Shown: one piece after another, positions 21,290 through 36,742 of the stretch | Numbering within the stretch: the first letter of the stretch is position 1 | Layout of the letters: each line of letters opens with the position of its first letter | From: Ruditapes philippinarum | Lineage: Eukaryota | Reading direction: 5' to 3' | Assembly (NCBI RefSeq): GCF_026571515.1 | Contig: NW_026861259.1 | Span: 1-64,000, forward strand | DNA length: 64,000 nucleotides | Translations under genes and position numbers: made by a program | The notes under the pieces: generated by a model | The model's input: the letters and a program-made list of their open reading frames with translations, nothing else | Told to the model about the DNA's origin: nothing | The model's database searches: none

Positions 21290-21600
21290 TTCTTTTGTGA
21301 TGCCTATCCCTTTTCTACCTTTTTTATTGCTACCTCCTTTCTACTTATTTGATGCATACCACGTTTCTATCTTTTTGTTTTCTACCCGGTTTATACTTTT
21401 TGTGTTTTACCCCTTTCTACCTTTTTGTTTGCTACCTCCTTTCTACTTTTTGATGCATACCACGTTTCTACCTTTTTGATCGCAACCGCCTTTTACTTTT
21501 TTGATGCATACCCCGTTTCTATCTTTTTGTTTGGTACCCCATTTCTTCTTTTTATTTGTATCCCGTTTCTACCTTTTTGTTTGCTACCTGTTTCTAATTT
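21290..21600. repeat. Degenerate pyrimidine-rich minisatellite
   Basis: Recurrent GATGCATACC(A/C)CGTTTCTA(C/T)CTTTTTG and GCTACCTCCTTTCTAC units. Confidence 0.7.
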
Positions 21601-24600
21601 TTGTTCTCTTATTGTTAAAATTACATTTAAAAATCATTAGATTGGTAAGTGCATATATGAAGAATTGAAATCAATTTATTTGATACTCTAGTTTGAAAGT
21701 TTCGTAAATCTGTAGGCGTCAAGCTTTAACACCCCCGGTATACTCCGATTCTATATGACTGAAAAATAAAATTCATGCCATATAATAAATATGAACAAGA
21801 CAAGAAAATCAACTAAGACATGAATGGTAATCGTTGGCAAGCTCGAGAGAGTGAGAATTCTTTTAAAAGTTGTCGACATTACGATTTATTTACAAGATAA
21901 CATATATTTGCATTTCATGACTTTATCAAGTGCTTCGCTTACAGCTATCGATTTCCCCATATATTCCTTATAAAAACTCTTAATATGAGTCAAAACTTTA
22001 TGTGTCGAATTTTTCGATGTGTCTACGTATTTAAGTGGTCCGTATAGAATAAATCAAGTACAATCTACCACAATTTCGTCACAGTCCTTCGATTTGTTGA
22101 CTCTTTCGATCTCGAGACAGTTTTACAACTTTTCTGACTGCAAAGGTGATTTCCGATCAACTTGTGTCACAGGTGTTAATTACGGAGCCGTGTCGTCTAA
22201 CAGTCTTAACATGCATTCAGGTGTGTGATAAAATGCTTTAATTGATAACATTAAATTGTCGTAGTGTAGTAGGGACAACTTTTATTTGAGAAATTCCGTG
22301 ACCCGGTGTCCAGTGATAATCACACGAGATATATTTACTATATGCTGGTTAAGTTATCCCCCTTTTCATTTTATTTCGCCTTTTGTAACTTGCTTGTAAA
22401 TGTCAACGGCTCGAACTTTTGTCATCAAATTGAGATCGATTCATCAGTTGAAATTCCGATGTGTCGAAGTTTTTACGCAAGTACCTTCAACTGCTACTTA
22501 CCGAAGTTTTACTGTATTTAAATAAAGAATATTCGCAATATGTAGAAAACATACCGGCAATGACTTACGTTTCTTATCAGCATGCCAAACTTTCAGTATT
22601 GACATTAAATCAGCACGCCTCCAAATTCATGCTTTATGAAATTTTTGAAATACATTTAAATCTAAAAAATTGTAAGATGAACTTAGAAGGGAATTTACAC
22701 ATTCAACTGGCACTTGCAATACCAATAAAGTCCAAATGTGCAAACTAAAAACAACTTTCAATATATTAGTCACACAGTAGAAACATTCAGATAAATACTG
22801 CAAGATCAGCCTTTTAATCGCATTTAAAATGTAAATTATTACCCAGACATTTTTCTTAAAAATTCTCAAATTTGATTTCTTGAAACATTTTGGCTGATAT
22901 GGAGGCATGTTGCTTTAAAATGGCCGAAAATGTTTTTGTTTAAAGTCATAAAGGGCTATTAAAGTACAATGTAATATGATGATTAATTAGATTTAATGGT
23001 GACGGATGTGTAAGTGGAAACCTTTCCCACAATTACGCATATGAAGTTCCTGTTAGGCAATTAGTGACAAGTAGTTTAAAGTCAGCAATATAATTATAAT
23101 TTACACAGTCATGAAGGAGGTAACAGAAAGTTTGAAAAAAGTGTCAGACATTTGGTCTAACAAACCCTTGAAATTTGTCAGACCGACACAAATCTGTTAG
23201 ACCGACACATTTACAGCAATATAAATTTATGAATATAATTTTATTTCAATAATCTTCAAATTAAACTCAATCACTGTTATATAGCATAAGTTTATTTTAG
23301 TTCAGCAGGTCATTCTGAAAGTCTATACTCCTGACCTGGATTGCATATGATGTCGATCTCATTGTGAAATTAAACGTATGATAATTCAAGATGTTCGACA
23401 GCAGAAATGCGAACATTTTAACATGCAGTTATAAATGTATTATTTCTTAATTTTTTCGTGTTTTTCAACATTGGTACCGGCACTGTTGTAGAAACTTATA
23501 GAGGAGGAACAGCGTATTTCGTTTTTTACATGGTTATATATCAGCCAAACCCGCCCTTTTTCCATTTACCTTTAATCTTCTTTCAGGCCGGTTTTTATAC
23601 TCTTTTTCTTCTTTTCTCTTCTTTCTGACCGCTTTTTTCCTGTGCACAGTGCCTTTGTATTACTTCAAGCATGCAGTACTGTAAACGCCGATTATACGGC
23701 TATCAACCATTAGTCGATGTCACAATATTGACCAATGCTAATCATTTTTACATAACGCAATTTTCAAGGAAGAGAAATCTCATTAGCAACAAACGAGGAA
23801 ATCATCAATATAAGTCTCCCTTGCCCCTGAAATATCGGACAATCGGACCGGGTCGAAGCGTCTATTTGGCGAAACGTCAAAGGGCTATGTCAAGTTTCTA
23901 ACAACAAAAGGGCCAAGCTGGCTTTACGTGGCTCACCTTACCCATCATTTCACTGTAGTTCAAGCGATATCAAAAATATCAGAAGTAGGTCAGCTGATGT
24001 CAAAAATAAATTCAGCATTAAAAAAATATACCACTTACACCCCTGATCCAAATTTCAAATATGTGTATCAAAAAAACAAGAAAGTACTTCAAATGACATC
24101 AAAAATACCAAAAGTAGATCAGATAGTATCAAAATTCAACTCGGCACCAGAGATCACACCCTTGGTAAAATTTTTATGTCTATTGTCACATATAACTTGG
24201 ATATTGCCATATTTAGCTACTTTAACATTGGTGTGGATATTCTTTTGTATAATTTAAAGCCTTTAGATGAGGATTGTCTCAAACCCTTCCAGATGTGATG
24301 TAAAGACGAGGATTTACCAGGATATTGACGAATGTACCTGTATTTGATATGAAATCTAAATAAATTATTTGTGTAATTTTCAGGTTTTTGTGTTCTGCTT
24401 TTCCTTGTAGGTTAAAAAACTGCATGTGTGTTCGAGAAGAACTCACGCCCTGGATAGTGATGTGTAATTGGGAAACAAACCCCGACTGCGTTTCAATACT
24501 AAATGAGTGTAATGTCGATGAATTGTTTTAATTGGCCACCTGAATTTTATCACATCTTGATTAAAATATAAATAACCAGTTGTGTGTAAAATTTCATTTA

Positions 24601-25948
24601 TTGCTCGAATGTTAAACAAAACTTCGCTGAAATTTATCAATTGAAACAAACAAGCATAACGGAGAAGATTTACAGTCACCTTTAAAACAAAAACTTCAAA
24701 ATGAATCAATGTCGTATATGATTTTGTTTCAATACTGTGTATGCGACAATTACAGCAAGGCTCCTTGTCCAAATTGGTACAAGTATCTATTTAATAAGGT
24801 TTTTTATTTTGAAGATACTGTTTTTGTAAAAGCGACTACATAATATTAATTATGATAAATAACACGCCCTAAGGTACCTGAAATAAGGGAAATGTGACCG
24901 GGCATACACTACGCTTAACGGGTCCGAGTCAAATATTAAGATTGACCACTCAATTTTATTTTAAGATTTAATCGCATAAATTACCTATAGGCTGGTAAAA
25001 ATATGCATACGTCAACGTTTCGCACTTATATCAATAAATAAAGCATAAGCATCTTTACAACAACGCTTAACTAACATAACGCCGGAGGCCCGGAAATCAT
25101 GATTCCATCGGTTTGAGAACATTCTGTGCAGCTCATTCTTGGTATATTTAATATAAAAAAAGAATCAACAAAGAACACATTTGTATTAAATACGACAACT
25201 ACTATACAGTGTACACGAAACGTAGGTGTATATAATTTACTTACGCATGTGCTTTTGTTTATCGTGAATGTAAATATATAGATATTTGTGTACAATACTA
25301 AAATAATTATTTCTTGACATATTTTTATTGAGTAGCTTGTAAAATATTACATTTCATAAAATTGCATACTAGAAATTCGTTGAAGTATAGATTAAATACT
25401 AAATATATTGAACGAGTTGAAAATCTTACAGAACGTCGGTGGTTCAACTGAGGGGCCCATTTGTGCCATAGTTCTTAATATCATTTTTGATTACATCACG
25501 TATATATAAATCAACATCAACGTAATATCGTTTTTTTGTTGTTGTTTTTTTTTTATTTTATTTTTGCTTTTGTTTGATTGTTTTAATGTTTTTAAATGTT
25601 GTCTTACATGTTATTCTACTTTGTACCATATGTATAACAAAATGATAGGAAAAAATACTTGATTTTTAGAACACTATTTGAACAGAAGAAAGACCTTTAA
25701 AGTCCATAAAATGATAGTGAAAAAGAACATTTACACAAAACCAGAAAACTCATAGATCGTATCCGTGAAGGAGGTTATTGAAATTTCAAAAATCATTAAT
25801 AATGTTTAAAATACTTCTATTTATCAAATGGTCTTAGAAAAAGAATTTAAAATTTGTTGACATAAACTATGAACTTGTTGGCATTGGTTCGTGCTTGAAA
25901 ATTGATTGAAATAAACTTAATTTATATGACTTATAACTTTAAATTAAC

Positions 25949-26153
25949 CTTTTAAAATTTGCAGTTTCTTACTTCTTGTTTCAATGCTTTTTACTGTCCA
26001 TTTCAGATTTCATTCTCTTCATTTGAAATTCCACGCGACTATTTTCTCTCAAACTTTCGTTTCCAAACCATATTTTGAACAGTGCCGCTCCTCTGACTTT
26101 GCACATGTTAGTAAGTAATTGAAAAGGGAATTTTTACACAATGAAATTCTCAT
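25949..26153 (-). pseudogene. C1qDC copy E exon 1 (orphan, degenerate)
   Basis: MRISLCKNSLFNYLLTCAKSEERHCSKYGLETKV* followed by a frameshift. Intron homology runs down to ~24500 but no C1q exon follows. Confidence 0.85.
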
Positions 26154-27116
26154 TTTTATTTCCAAAATACCACAAATGTATCTTCCTATGCGAGAAAGGT
26201 AGTTTAAAAATAAAAAAAAACAACAAGAGGGCCTAATATTTAGGGAAGCACAGCGACAATCAGTCCCATTTACCACACATGCATTCATTACCACGAGGGA
26301 AGTTTAAAAAGTACATTAATAGCAAATTAGTTTATAAGTGCTTTTCATATAAAATTTGCAGTCTAAAGATAAGCAAACAGAAATTCGGCGTATGGCCAGT
26401 AATGTGTCCTTTAGGAAACAACATAGAACGTGGATAGCACGAAAATAATGACAATAAAAAGTTCATATTCAGTCGGATTAAAAGAAAATAATTTGATTGA
26501 CAAGATGACTGGTGAATTTGATATTCAAATGATCTGTTATTTAATCCATCAATATTATAGCCCAGCCAAAATAAATGACTTATTTTACAATAATATATAA
26601 ATGTGTTAACATATTTGGATACTGTGATATCGGTGAGGTCGCAGTACCTGCGGGAAGCATTTTTCTAGTGTTCAATTTGCCTTTTATCTAAGATAAAATC
26701 CATGTACTTTCAAAACATATATGTAAGCAAAATGATTTGATTTCTGTCCGAAAATCGATATTCTCACTGATAAAGTCACATGCAAGTTAAGGCCATTTGG
26801 CTAATGTCATTAACTTTGTTGATGCATATTTAGAGTTCTGAAGACTATCACGCTGGGTACTCGAACAAATATATCTCCATGTTGTGCAGAATGATGTAAA
26901 ATATTCTGATATTATACTTAACGCTAGTGAGATAACAAAGCAATGGAATATTGTGGCATTGTGTTTTCATATACTTTTGTACTATAATATCAAATGTCGT
27001 TCAATTCGTTCATGAAAATTGTTAAAAAGTTATCCACAGTATTGCTTGTCATTTATGTTATCAACATATTTGATAATAATATTTAATAATTACTCATGTG
27101 AAATCTTATGCAGTGT

Positions 27117-29411
27117 TCATTTATGGAGTAAAGTGCCAGAAAAAGTGCTCCAGTATGATGAATCGTGCTGTATTATATTACCAGAGACACTACCAGACGG
27201 CTGAACCCACACGCTCTGTCCGGACTTTAACACAGCGATAGCGTCAGCTGTAACGCAGTCGTCATAAAGGTCGCCATATATATTTGTCTTAGTGTATGCT
27301 ACACCATCAATCAATATAGCCACGTGCAAAAGTTTTTCATGTTTCATACATAATCCAATAGTAAATAGATATGTTCCGTTTGTTGTGGCCATAAATTTTC
27401 CAGTCTTACTGCTGTAGGCATCTCCTTCATTGAAGAGTACTACAGGAAACACTATCACCTGACCTTTAGGAGCAGCAGTGTTAGCATTTACCCTTGCCTT
27501 GAATGCCACGGTTGGTGTCACACTTTGATCTAAAATAATAAGAAAGGTTGTAATATAATATACATACATAGAGGATATTGAATGAGTGCACACTTCGTCG
27601 AACTGCTCATTGGCCACCTACATTTTATCACATCTGGATTTAATATAAATAAAGAGTTTTGCCTCTAATTTATGTAATACAAAACTGTGTCGAAATTTAT
27701 AAACGTGAACACGCATAACGGACCGGGTTTACAAGGTCACCCTTCAAGATACTGTTGCTAAACTGGCGTCTACATAATCATGATGATGAAAAACACACCT
27801 TAAGGTCTTTTGAAAAAAAGAAAATAGCGACCGGGCACAAACTTTACGAGTCCAATATTAAGATTGACCACTCGTGTTTTTATTTACAAGCTGTATTCGC
27901 ATAAATTGCCTAAAGACTTGATTACGCCAATGTTTTGCATTTATATCAATAAATAAAACATAGGTCAGATCTAACAACGAATCTTAACTAACCAAAACGT
28001 CGGAAAGCATAATTTCGTCGGTTTGAGAACATTCTGTACAATTAATTCTTGGAATGTTTAATATTTTTCAAAACAATCAACAAAGAACGCATTTGTACAA
28101 AGTACGACATCTACCGTGCCGTGTACGAGGAACGTAAGTTATTATCTATTTAGGCATTCCAATTGTTAGTTCTGAATGTTAATATATAGGTTATTATGTA
28201 TAGTGCTAAAATAACCATTTGCTAGACTTATTGATGAAGTTACTCGCAAAAATAAATATTTTATAAAATGGCCAATTAGATATTTGTTGAAGTATAATTT
28301 TAATACTACATGTATTGAAAGAGTCGAAAGAAATCATATTATGCGAGCCTCTGCTATTGTTTTCATTTACACATCTTGTAAAGCAACAATTATACACAGC
28401 ATTAGATCTAGTCTTTCATTGACACTTAGTCTTTTTAGGCAAAGAGACAATCGCGGCCCAGGGGTTAAGGTCGTTGACTTCAAACCAATTGCATCTCACA
28501 ATTGAATGTTCAAATTGCGCCAGCGTCTTCAAATATTCTTTGATGTGAGGAAGCTATCCAATAAGCTACCAGAACGTCGGCGGTTCTACTCAGGTGCCCG
28601 TTTGTGCCTGAAATAGTGCACAAGATGACATCTAAGGTCAAAGCTGTCAAGTCACCAAAATACCTACACTTGTTGGTGCGACGTAAAGCGCAATACAAAA
28701 AAGTTTCGGTAATGAGATGAACGGAGAGGACGACAAATAATTGTAATTTTTCATATAGCCTATAGCTCTTGTCCATTTGCATAACTTATCAATCTACATT
28801 CGAATACATATCTGTCTCTATGTATAAATCGACCTGCACGTATACATAAATAAACCTCAACGTAAGTTTCTTTTTTTTTTAATATTAACATGTTGTCTCA
28901 CAGGTTATTCTGCTGTGTACATTATGTATAATCAAATATCAGAAACATGATTTTTAAGAACACTCTTAAAACAAAGAGCCCTATAAACTTCATGAAATCG
29001 AACTGAAGAAAAATACATTTACACAAAATGTGAGTATCCTAGAAAAAGGTTATTGAAATTTCACAAAACATTAATAATGTCTTTATTTCATCAAATTGTA
29101 AAGCATTAAATATTTGTTGACATAAGCTATGAATAATTTAGCATTGGTTCGTGCTTGAACATTGATTCAAATAAATATTTATATGATCTATAAATTTTAC
29201 CTTTTAAATTTTGCAGTTCCTTAATTTTTGTATCAACGCTTTTCGCTGTTTGTTCCATTTCAGATTTCATTCTCTCCATTTGAAATTCCATGCGAACCAT
29301 TTTCTCTAAAACTTTCTCTTCGAAATCATATTTTGAACAGTGCGGTTCATCAGACTTTGCAAATGTTATCAGGAAAATCAGAAAGAAAATTTTACAGAAT
29401 GAAATTCTCAT
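27117..29411 (-). CDS. C1q-domain-containing secreted protein, copy D; exons 29411-29201 and 27529-27117; 207 aa; no 40-aa repeat
   Basis: Signal peptide, CSKYDFEEKVLEKMVRME, short coil, phase-1 intron (G|GTAAAA..TTTTAG|AT), then gC1q VAFKAR..IVFPVVLFNEGDAY..TGKF..GTYLF..GQSVWV..TFSGTLL. Confidence 0.92.
28452..28690 (+). mobile_element. tRNA-derived SINE copy in intron of copy D
   Basis: GGTTAAGGTCGTTGACTTCAAAC head and GAGGAAGCTATCC..CGGTTCTACTCAGGTGCCC body, same family as 47648-47910. Confidence 0.7.
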
Positions 29412-32400
29412 TTTTATTTCCGAAGTGACACAAACGTTTCTTCAAATGCAAATAAGTTTATATAAAAAGGAAGAGGGCCTAGAATGAGAGAAGCACAGGA
29501 AAAAACGTATTTTTATCACAAAATTATTACCACGAGGGAAGTTTAAAAAGTAGAGTCATAGCTATCAGTCCACAGTAAATTTCAAGTTCCTGCGTCTTTG
29601 TCCTACAATCAATACGTATGATAATTCTGATACCAAACTATACAACCTGGAAAAAGAAAACACATTTTGTTGAAAACATATATGACATAATAATTTGCAA
29701 ATCTACAATGAAATTACCTCATCTGTAATAGTCAGGCAGTCAAAAAAGTTGCTATTCATTCCGTTAAAGCACAACATCTACTATGGCCCGAGACCCCAAA
29801 ACTAAACATTTTTTTCCCTCTGGCAAAAAAGACATGCAAATATACAGGCTAAAGAAACACCGTCTCTGCTTAAGCAACTTCCTATACATGTACAATATCA
29901 CAAAGAAAAACAGGAACTTGACCTTACAGATGTTTTGTTATTGCTTAAAGTTTGTACCCCTGGTAAATAACTTGTTCTTACCGAGCATGTTGTTAAAAAC
30001 AATATTTACGAACAATTGTGTCCTTCATATCTATAATCAACAACATGTAATTTCTGACCAAGTTTTCGAATTTGCCAATGATCATATTAGATATCAAATA
30101 CAAATTTAACTTTAAAGACAACCAGGTATTTAAATCAAGAATAGTCACTATATCCAAGAAATCATCCCGGTCATTCGAATCTGTGGCTTACATCACTGTG
30201 GTCTGCTACCCATAGCTTATTAGTTCAGAGCTTTTCATATCAAATTTAACAATCCATTTACTGCATAACATTTTATATTAAGCAAAAGCATTTCGATTCT
30301 AGCACTTATACTGAAGATTTCTGTGAAAAGTTACTTCATTAGTCTTGACTTACAAAGTACATTTGAGAATATTTCCTAAAGTTTCTTGCAACTCGGCATG
30401 GTTGTGGATAAAGGCATGCAGTTTTAAATGTACATATGTTTTCAGATAAACTTTCATAAATAATTAGCTCAATAGTTTTTGGATTTTAGTAATAGTTCCG
30501 GCATCAATGCAAATAATTTGTAAATGAATATTGCTACTTATATCTGGAAAAGGCACAAAAAACGACATTCACGCAAATGTCCGAGATTTTTCGATTATTG
30601 TGATCAAGATAGAGAGGATTATAAATTCGAATAATACACGGGCGAAGTCAAATTCGTGAGAACTTCGTGAGCAAGATGATTTTTACAAAGTTTAGCAAAA
30701 TGATATTTGTTGAATTTCCCTCAAAATTGTAGATATCTGCTCTTAATTACTGGTATATGTTAGAATAACAAAATATGTAATATATGTAGTATCATGCTAT
30801 ATAATTAGCAAATATCTCACTGACATGACGTATATCTTAATTGGAAACACCTGAAATCCTGCAACTAAGATCAGCGGAGACCACACACACAAACACACAC
30901 TCAAAAGGAACAACAGCGTTCATAATTATGGGGATGTGTCTTTTGAAATATTCGCATATATAATGAAAAAATAGGCCTTCAGATAAAATGAAAGTTTTTC
31001 AAACAAATCATAATGAAATAGAACTTCTACTACTACAAATCCTGCCATATGATCTATACTGTGTCGGTGTGACTTTAAACCAAATCAATCAAACAAAAAA
31101 AACAAAAAGAAGGAATAAAAGGACAAGAAAGAAAGAAAGAAAGAAAGAACGAGTTATATAATAAACGCTATAAAATGTTGCATTTAATGAGTTCTAGCAT
31201 GTGAATCATGATATCATATAGCTGAAACTATACGTTCAACAGAAGGATATTTATATGACGTGCTATTTTAAGCATTTATATTTTAGACATAAAATGAAAC
31301 CTGTAATTTTCGTCTGAACTACATGTATATGCTTATTGAGTTTAGACCCAATACATCAGAGATTTATATTAAGGGCTTACCAACTCCCCGCAATAAAATA
31401 AATTAAAAGCGAAAAAAATCTGCCGACGATGACTTCCATTTGTATCATTATGCCGCAAACAACTTCCAATCAAAAGATAAGTTATTTTTTAAATTGAATC
31501 AAATGCCAATTATCACTGACGTTTTGTTAATGTTTTGTTAATACAGCAACAAATGAAGTTTAGAGCAACTTCCTCACTATTTATTTTGATTAGATAATTA
31601 TAGACGTCTAAATTTTCTGCTACAAATATCGTTATTCCAACAAGAATTAATATTAAATAGCACAAAAGAAGATAAACAATTAAAGACTTATTTTGAGGTC
31701 GATGTATTGTGGGTTTTTTTCACCTTAAACAAGTTATACCTTTCTTACGTATCTGTTAACAAGAAACAGAAACATAAGTCACCATTGTTATATCGTAAAA
31801 GTGTATGCTCTTATTTCGTTAAGATTTTATTTACCGTTGTTTTTCAAAGATTTAAAGGCAAATAAAAAAACAAATTAATGTACTTCTTTATAAAGAATTT
31901 GATAATGTTTGAAACATTGTTAAAGACAATGTTAGATGCTTGTTACCTGAATAAAGTAGCGAAAATGATATTAGTAAGTAAATTGCCATTAAAGTAGCAT
32001 ATGTAAACAAAGAACTATTATTTCCTCCTTTCAAAATACTTATTGGTAAAAAGCAACAGATGAAAAAGATTATTCGGGTAAATGGCCAGTGAGTAACCTT
32101 TTGGATACTATTAATGTACATCAAAATTATAAAACTTTTGAGAAAAAAAGCATGTCTGGTATAATGGGCCTTAAAAAAATATAAAGGAGTGACACCTGAC
32201 TTTAATTGTGAACAAAATCATTATATCAAATATTATATGGGAGATCTTTGTCTAATGATTTGGTTTGTTACGGATCCCTGCTACAGTGTTATTTCACTGG
32301 CCAAATAATCAAGAGTGCACGGGTTCGATATCCCGCTACTTAGCTGACAAAATGTTTTTTTAGAAACGGAGGTCCCATATATCTATTGGTGTTCTGCACC

Positions 32401-35119
32401 GGACATGTAAAAAACCCTAGTCCTTTTTGGAATTGGGCAACAACTGTATAATTCACTACTCTTGAAAAAAACTCTACTTACACATCAGTATGGCAAATTT
32501 GAATGATAACTTACAAAGGGTTGTTAATCGAATCGTTTTGTTTTGCCGTCTTACAGCGGTTACCTCCCCTTCACTACACAGAAACGACAACTGGTGATAA
32601 AATATTATTCGACTTGCATTATATCGGTAAATACAAATCATTCTTGTACATGTATATAACATTTGTACATGTTAACAACATTGTTTCCTTCAAATCAATT
32701 ACATACTAGTTAACCATAACATTCAAAGTTTAATTTTGCATTATGTACTAAAGCTTCATATAAAAGAGATGTTTATTTTCTAGCTATTATTTTCCAAGAA
32801 AATAATGATTTGTATAAAAAAGATGTATCGTCCTCGCTTATATGATTGACAGACACTAATGTCTACAGTTTTAATATTTAATATCGTATACCATTAACAA
32901 AAGTTTATGAGCTTATTTCTTTAATATTTTATTGATTTTACTGATATAAAATTATAAAGCAGTGGCACCTTACTGAAATTTCTCTCAGGTCTCCTATGTA
33001 ATATACTATCATTGTTTATATTCTTGATAATATATAACGATCACATTCATGGCATTCTTCCATTCTAAATGCAATTGTATTAATTCTATTACAGTATTTT
33101 TTGTCTTATGTACATATGCTCATTGCATTGCCATGGTTTCACTTTACTAAATGTTTCGTTATAGGGTTGTTTTCTCGTATGCCCAGTTTGGCCATGAGGA
33201 ATCGATAAAAAAATGTTCTGCACCGAAAATGTAAAGAACCCAGGTTCCCTTAGGAAAGGGGAAGCAACTGTATCATGCACTGCCCCGAAAGAAAAAAACT
33301 CAACTAACTTATGAATATGGCAAAATTGAATGATATCTTACAAAGGGTTGTTAATCGAACTGCTTTGTGCTGCCATCTTACAACACTTATTTCCCCTTTA
33401 CTACACAGAAATGACAACTGGTGACAAATATCCTTCGACTTTTGACTTGGAATTTTCGGTAAATACCAATTATTGTTGCACATGCATTTATACATTAATA
33501 TAAGTTCAAAAATTATTTAAGACAAAAAGAAATGTGTCAGTAAGACACGGGTGCCTCCTTTCTGCTGTAGCGGATAGCGAAGTACAAAAATGTATGCATT
33601 ACATAAATGCGATAATGTACAAACATGTTATACTTCAATTAGATCACAAGGTAAAAATATGTGCTGTCAATACGGATTTTTATTTTTAAACTTAAAGCAG
33701 CATGCTTCCAGACGTTATTTTTATGTATTGTATTTATAAATAAAATATTGTGAAGCGAACAAAAAATGTAATTTACACATTGTACATTGCAAACCGCCCT
33801 TACAATCCACGTAAGTTACCAAAAAATATGTACAATAAGCAAAAATAGCCTTCACTGTGTTTATCACGCAGTAAAATATGTTGAAAAATACTGTAAAAAT
33901 CTGTCATTATCCGCACAAAACATGTAAATTATTACTTCAATCTTGATTCTCATTTCATGTCTTATATACTCTTGAAGGTCGGTGGTTCTGTTTTCTAGCT
34001 CCTGGATAAAACGTTGCATATAAGAAAACTTCAAGTTAGAAAAGAAAAAGAAAAGATTTTTGAGTCAAGCTTGTTTTATTTTCAAACCATTTGTGATTTG
34101 ACAATTTAACATTTCAGCCAAGTTATGGAATGACTTTTGTTGTCTTGTAGGGTTGTTATTACTTTTGCTGTACATAATATCTACATTTATATATATAGAA
34201 ATACATGTATATCAACCATCCGTTATTCTATGTTTGTTTTTCTCATTTCATTCGAGCTTGGAATACTGACAAATTAAGTTAACAAATTCAGAGTCGTCTG
34301 CTAGCACTAGTCGTATCACGTCAGGACCAATTTCAACTAAACCTGGCAGTTCCGAAAATATTTGACTAACAAAAGTGAATGTATATATAAGAAAATCAGA
34401 TCTGAGATTTCGTTGAGGTCTGCTATATGTGAATAGAAAAAAAAACTAAATATGCAGCAACGTTAATGCTTTGTGCAGTAAATATTTGCCAACGTTTGTA
34501 ACGCCAGTACAGTATTTGCTACTACTGTTCTTAGAGATAAGGGAGTTAACTCTGATCTTCATAGAGTTGTTATGAAAAGACTTATATCATTTTAAATGTG
34601 TGAAGTTTTTGTTGTTGCTTTATTTTCATTGCCTTATGTTAGGGCATGTGTAATAAGACAGCTATACCATAGGTTAGACATTTTAAAAGATAGGACGGAT
34701 CTTACGTCCTATTTTTCGGCACGTTATATTTGAATACATTATGAATTGATAAAACTGCTTTTTATGCCCGGTAATGGGTCAATAAGTACAAATAAATCTA
34801 AATGTTTTACCAAATATGGCCTTGGTTTTTTATTGAATCTTTGATATAAACGCACATACGACAACAAACTATTATATACTAAATATGACCTTTTATTTTT
34901 GGAAACAACATACATTTGAAACTAAATATACGAATAAGAATAAAAAGTTTTATTCAGCATTAAACATGTTAAAACAATGAATATAGCCTTTACAAATCCA
35001 AAGTACAGTGTGAATAAAAACATAGAAAAATGAAAAGCAAATAACAAAATACCATTTTTACATTATAAATCGTACAGTTATCAGAAGTGATTATTTAATG
35101 AAACGTTAGTCTAATTTAA

Positions 35120-35713
35120 CCCTCTACCTGATACAGACGTGTTTTGAAGGCTTTTCAACCCTCCTCCCTTTTTAAGGCCTCAAACAGTGAAAAATTACCC
35201 TATTAATGCCTAAAATACTTTTTTTGTTTGGGAAATGTTGTTTAAAAAAGTGATGACTTTTCGGCGACCTCTTTATCAAAAAGGTACCTCAGGGGGTTGT
35301 CAGAAGGGGCGTGTGCCCCCTTCTGTTTCGGGGGTTGCCGCCCCCCCCCCCCTCATCGCTAAGAAAATTTTGACATTTGACATGTCGATTGTAAGGTAAC
35401 GTGTAACCAATGCTGAAGCGCCTTTTACTACACCTCAATCCATTGAGAAGTTGCAGCACTTTGAAAACAGTTTTGATGGAGAAAAACAATACAAAATAGT
35501 GTTTTTGGCCATTTTGATATGTCCCCCGTTGCAATGGTAAGAGGAAATTTACAATTGAGTATGCTGTTACAGAGGCTATGGTCCAGACAACATTTGTGCC
35601 AAGTTTCTTCAGTATTGAAGCATTTTTCATAGTTTTATAGCAGTTTGAACTTGTAACAAGAGGCTTTTCAATGAAAACGGCTATTTATCACAATATGCTC
35701 ATGCGGTAAAGGG
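35120..35713. mobile_element. piggyBac-type MITE
   Basis: TTAA|CCCTCTACC...GGTAAAGGG|TTAA. Empty sites with a single TTAA at ~45635 and ~57029. Confidence 0.85.
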
Positions 35714-36742
35714 TTAAGAAGGAAAAAAGTATCATAAAATATGACCTTTATCTTTCATAAAATAATATCCATTTTAAACCAAACTACTACATACTAAATA
35801 TGCCATTTATCTTTCATAAAAACGTACAATCCAAAGTCATATAAAACAAACTGTTAAATACTAAATACGACCATTATCTTTGATAAAAAAACATGCATAT
35901 CAAACAAAATGTTATTTACTAAATTTGACCGTTATCTTAAAAAAGGACATTTGAAACAAATAATTATATACTAAGTATGACCATTATCTTTTATAAAAAA
36001 AACTACATATAAAACAAACTATTACATACTAAATATGACATTTATCTCTAGAACTTGCATAAATGAGAAATTTTGGGCATGCTGTGACTACCTTATCTTA
36101 ACAACATTGTACTATAACAACGGTTTACTACAACAACGTTTGTATTTTAACTTTAAAATACACGTTTACACGAATATAAAACTTTAAGTAAAAAGGGAAA
36201 GGATGGAGGCAAATCTGCCCTATTTATAGGTAGCGCCTTGCATTCAAATTTATGAATGCTGGCATTATCCCGATATCGGCGAGGACACATTACCCACAGT
36301 GATAAGATACATGCGTTCGTAAACATATATTCAATCAAGAGAATTTGATTTTGTTTGCACATCGATACTTTTCATGCAAAATTTCACATGTTGCTAAAAG
36401 CCAAGTTTTATATACTATTGTCATTTAAGCTCTGGCTACGAACCGTTGTGAGTTCTTATCTATCCGGCTGCATGGTTACTCGTCCAAATACATGTATACA
36501 ATGATGCTAATAAATCTGATGCTATATTTAACATTTGGAGTGAGATAACTAAGAATTGAGATATTGTGACATTGTGTTTACATAACTATACCAAGTAAGT
36601 AATATCAAATGTCTAGTTCATGAATGAAAAAGGTTTAATAGTTATCCACAAAATCATTTTTCTTTTGTTTCATCAACATTTTTGATGATAATTAATAGTT
36701 ATATTGCAACTTGGTTGAAATCCTGTGCACGAAATAATGTGT

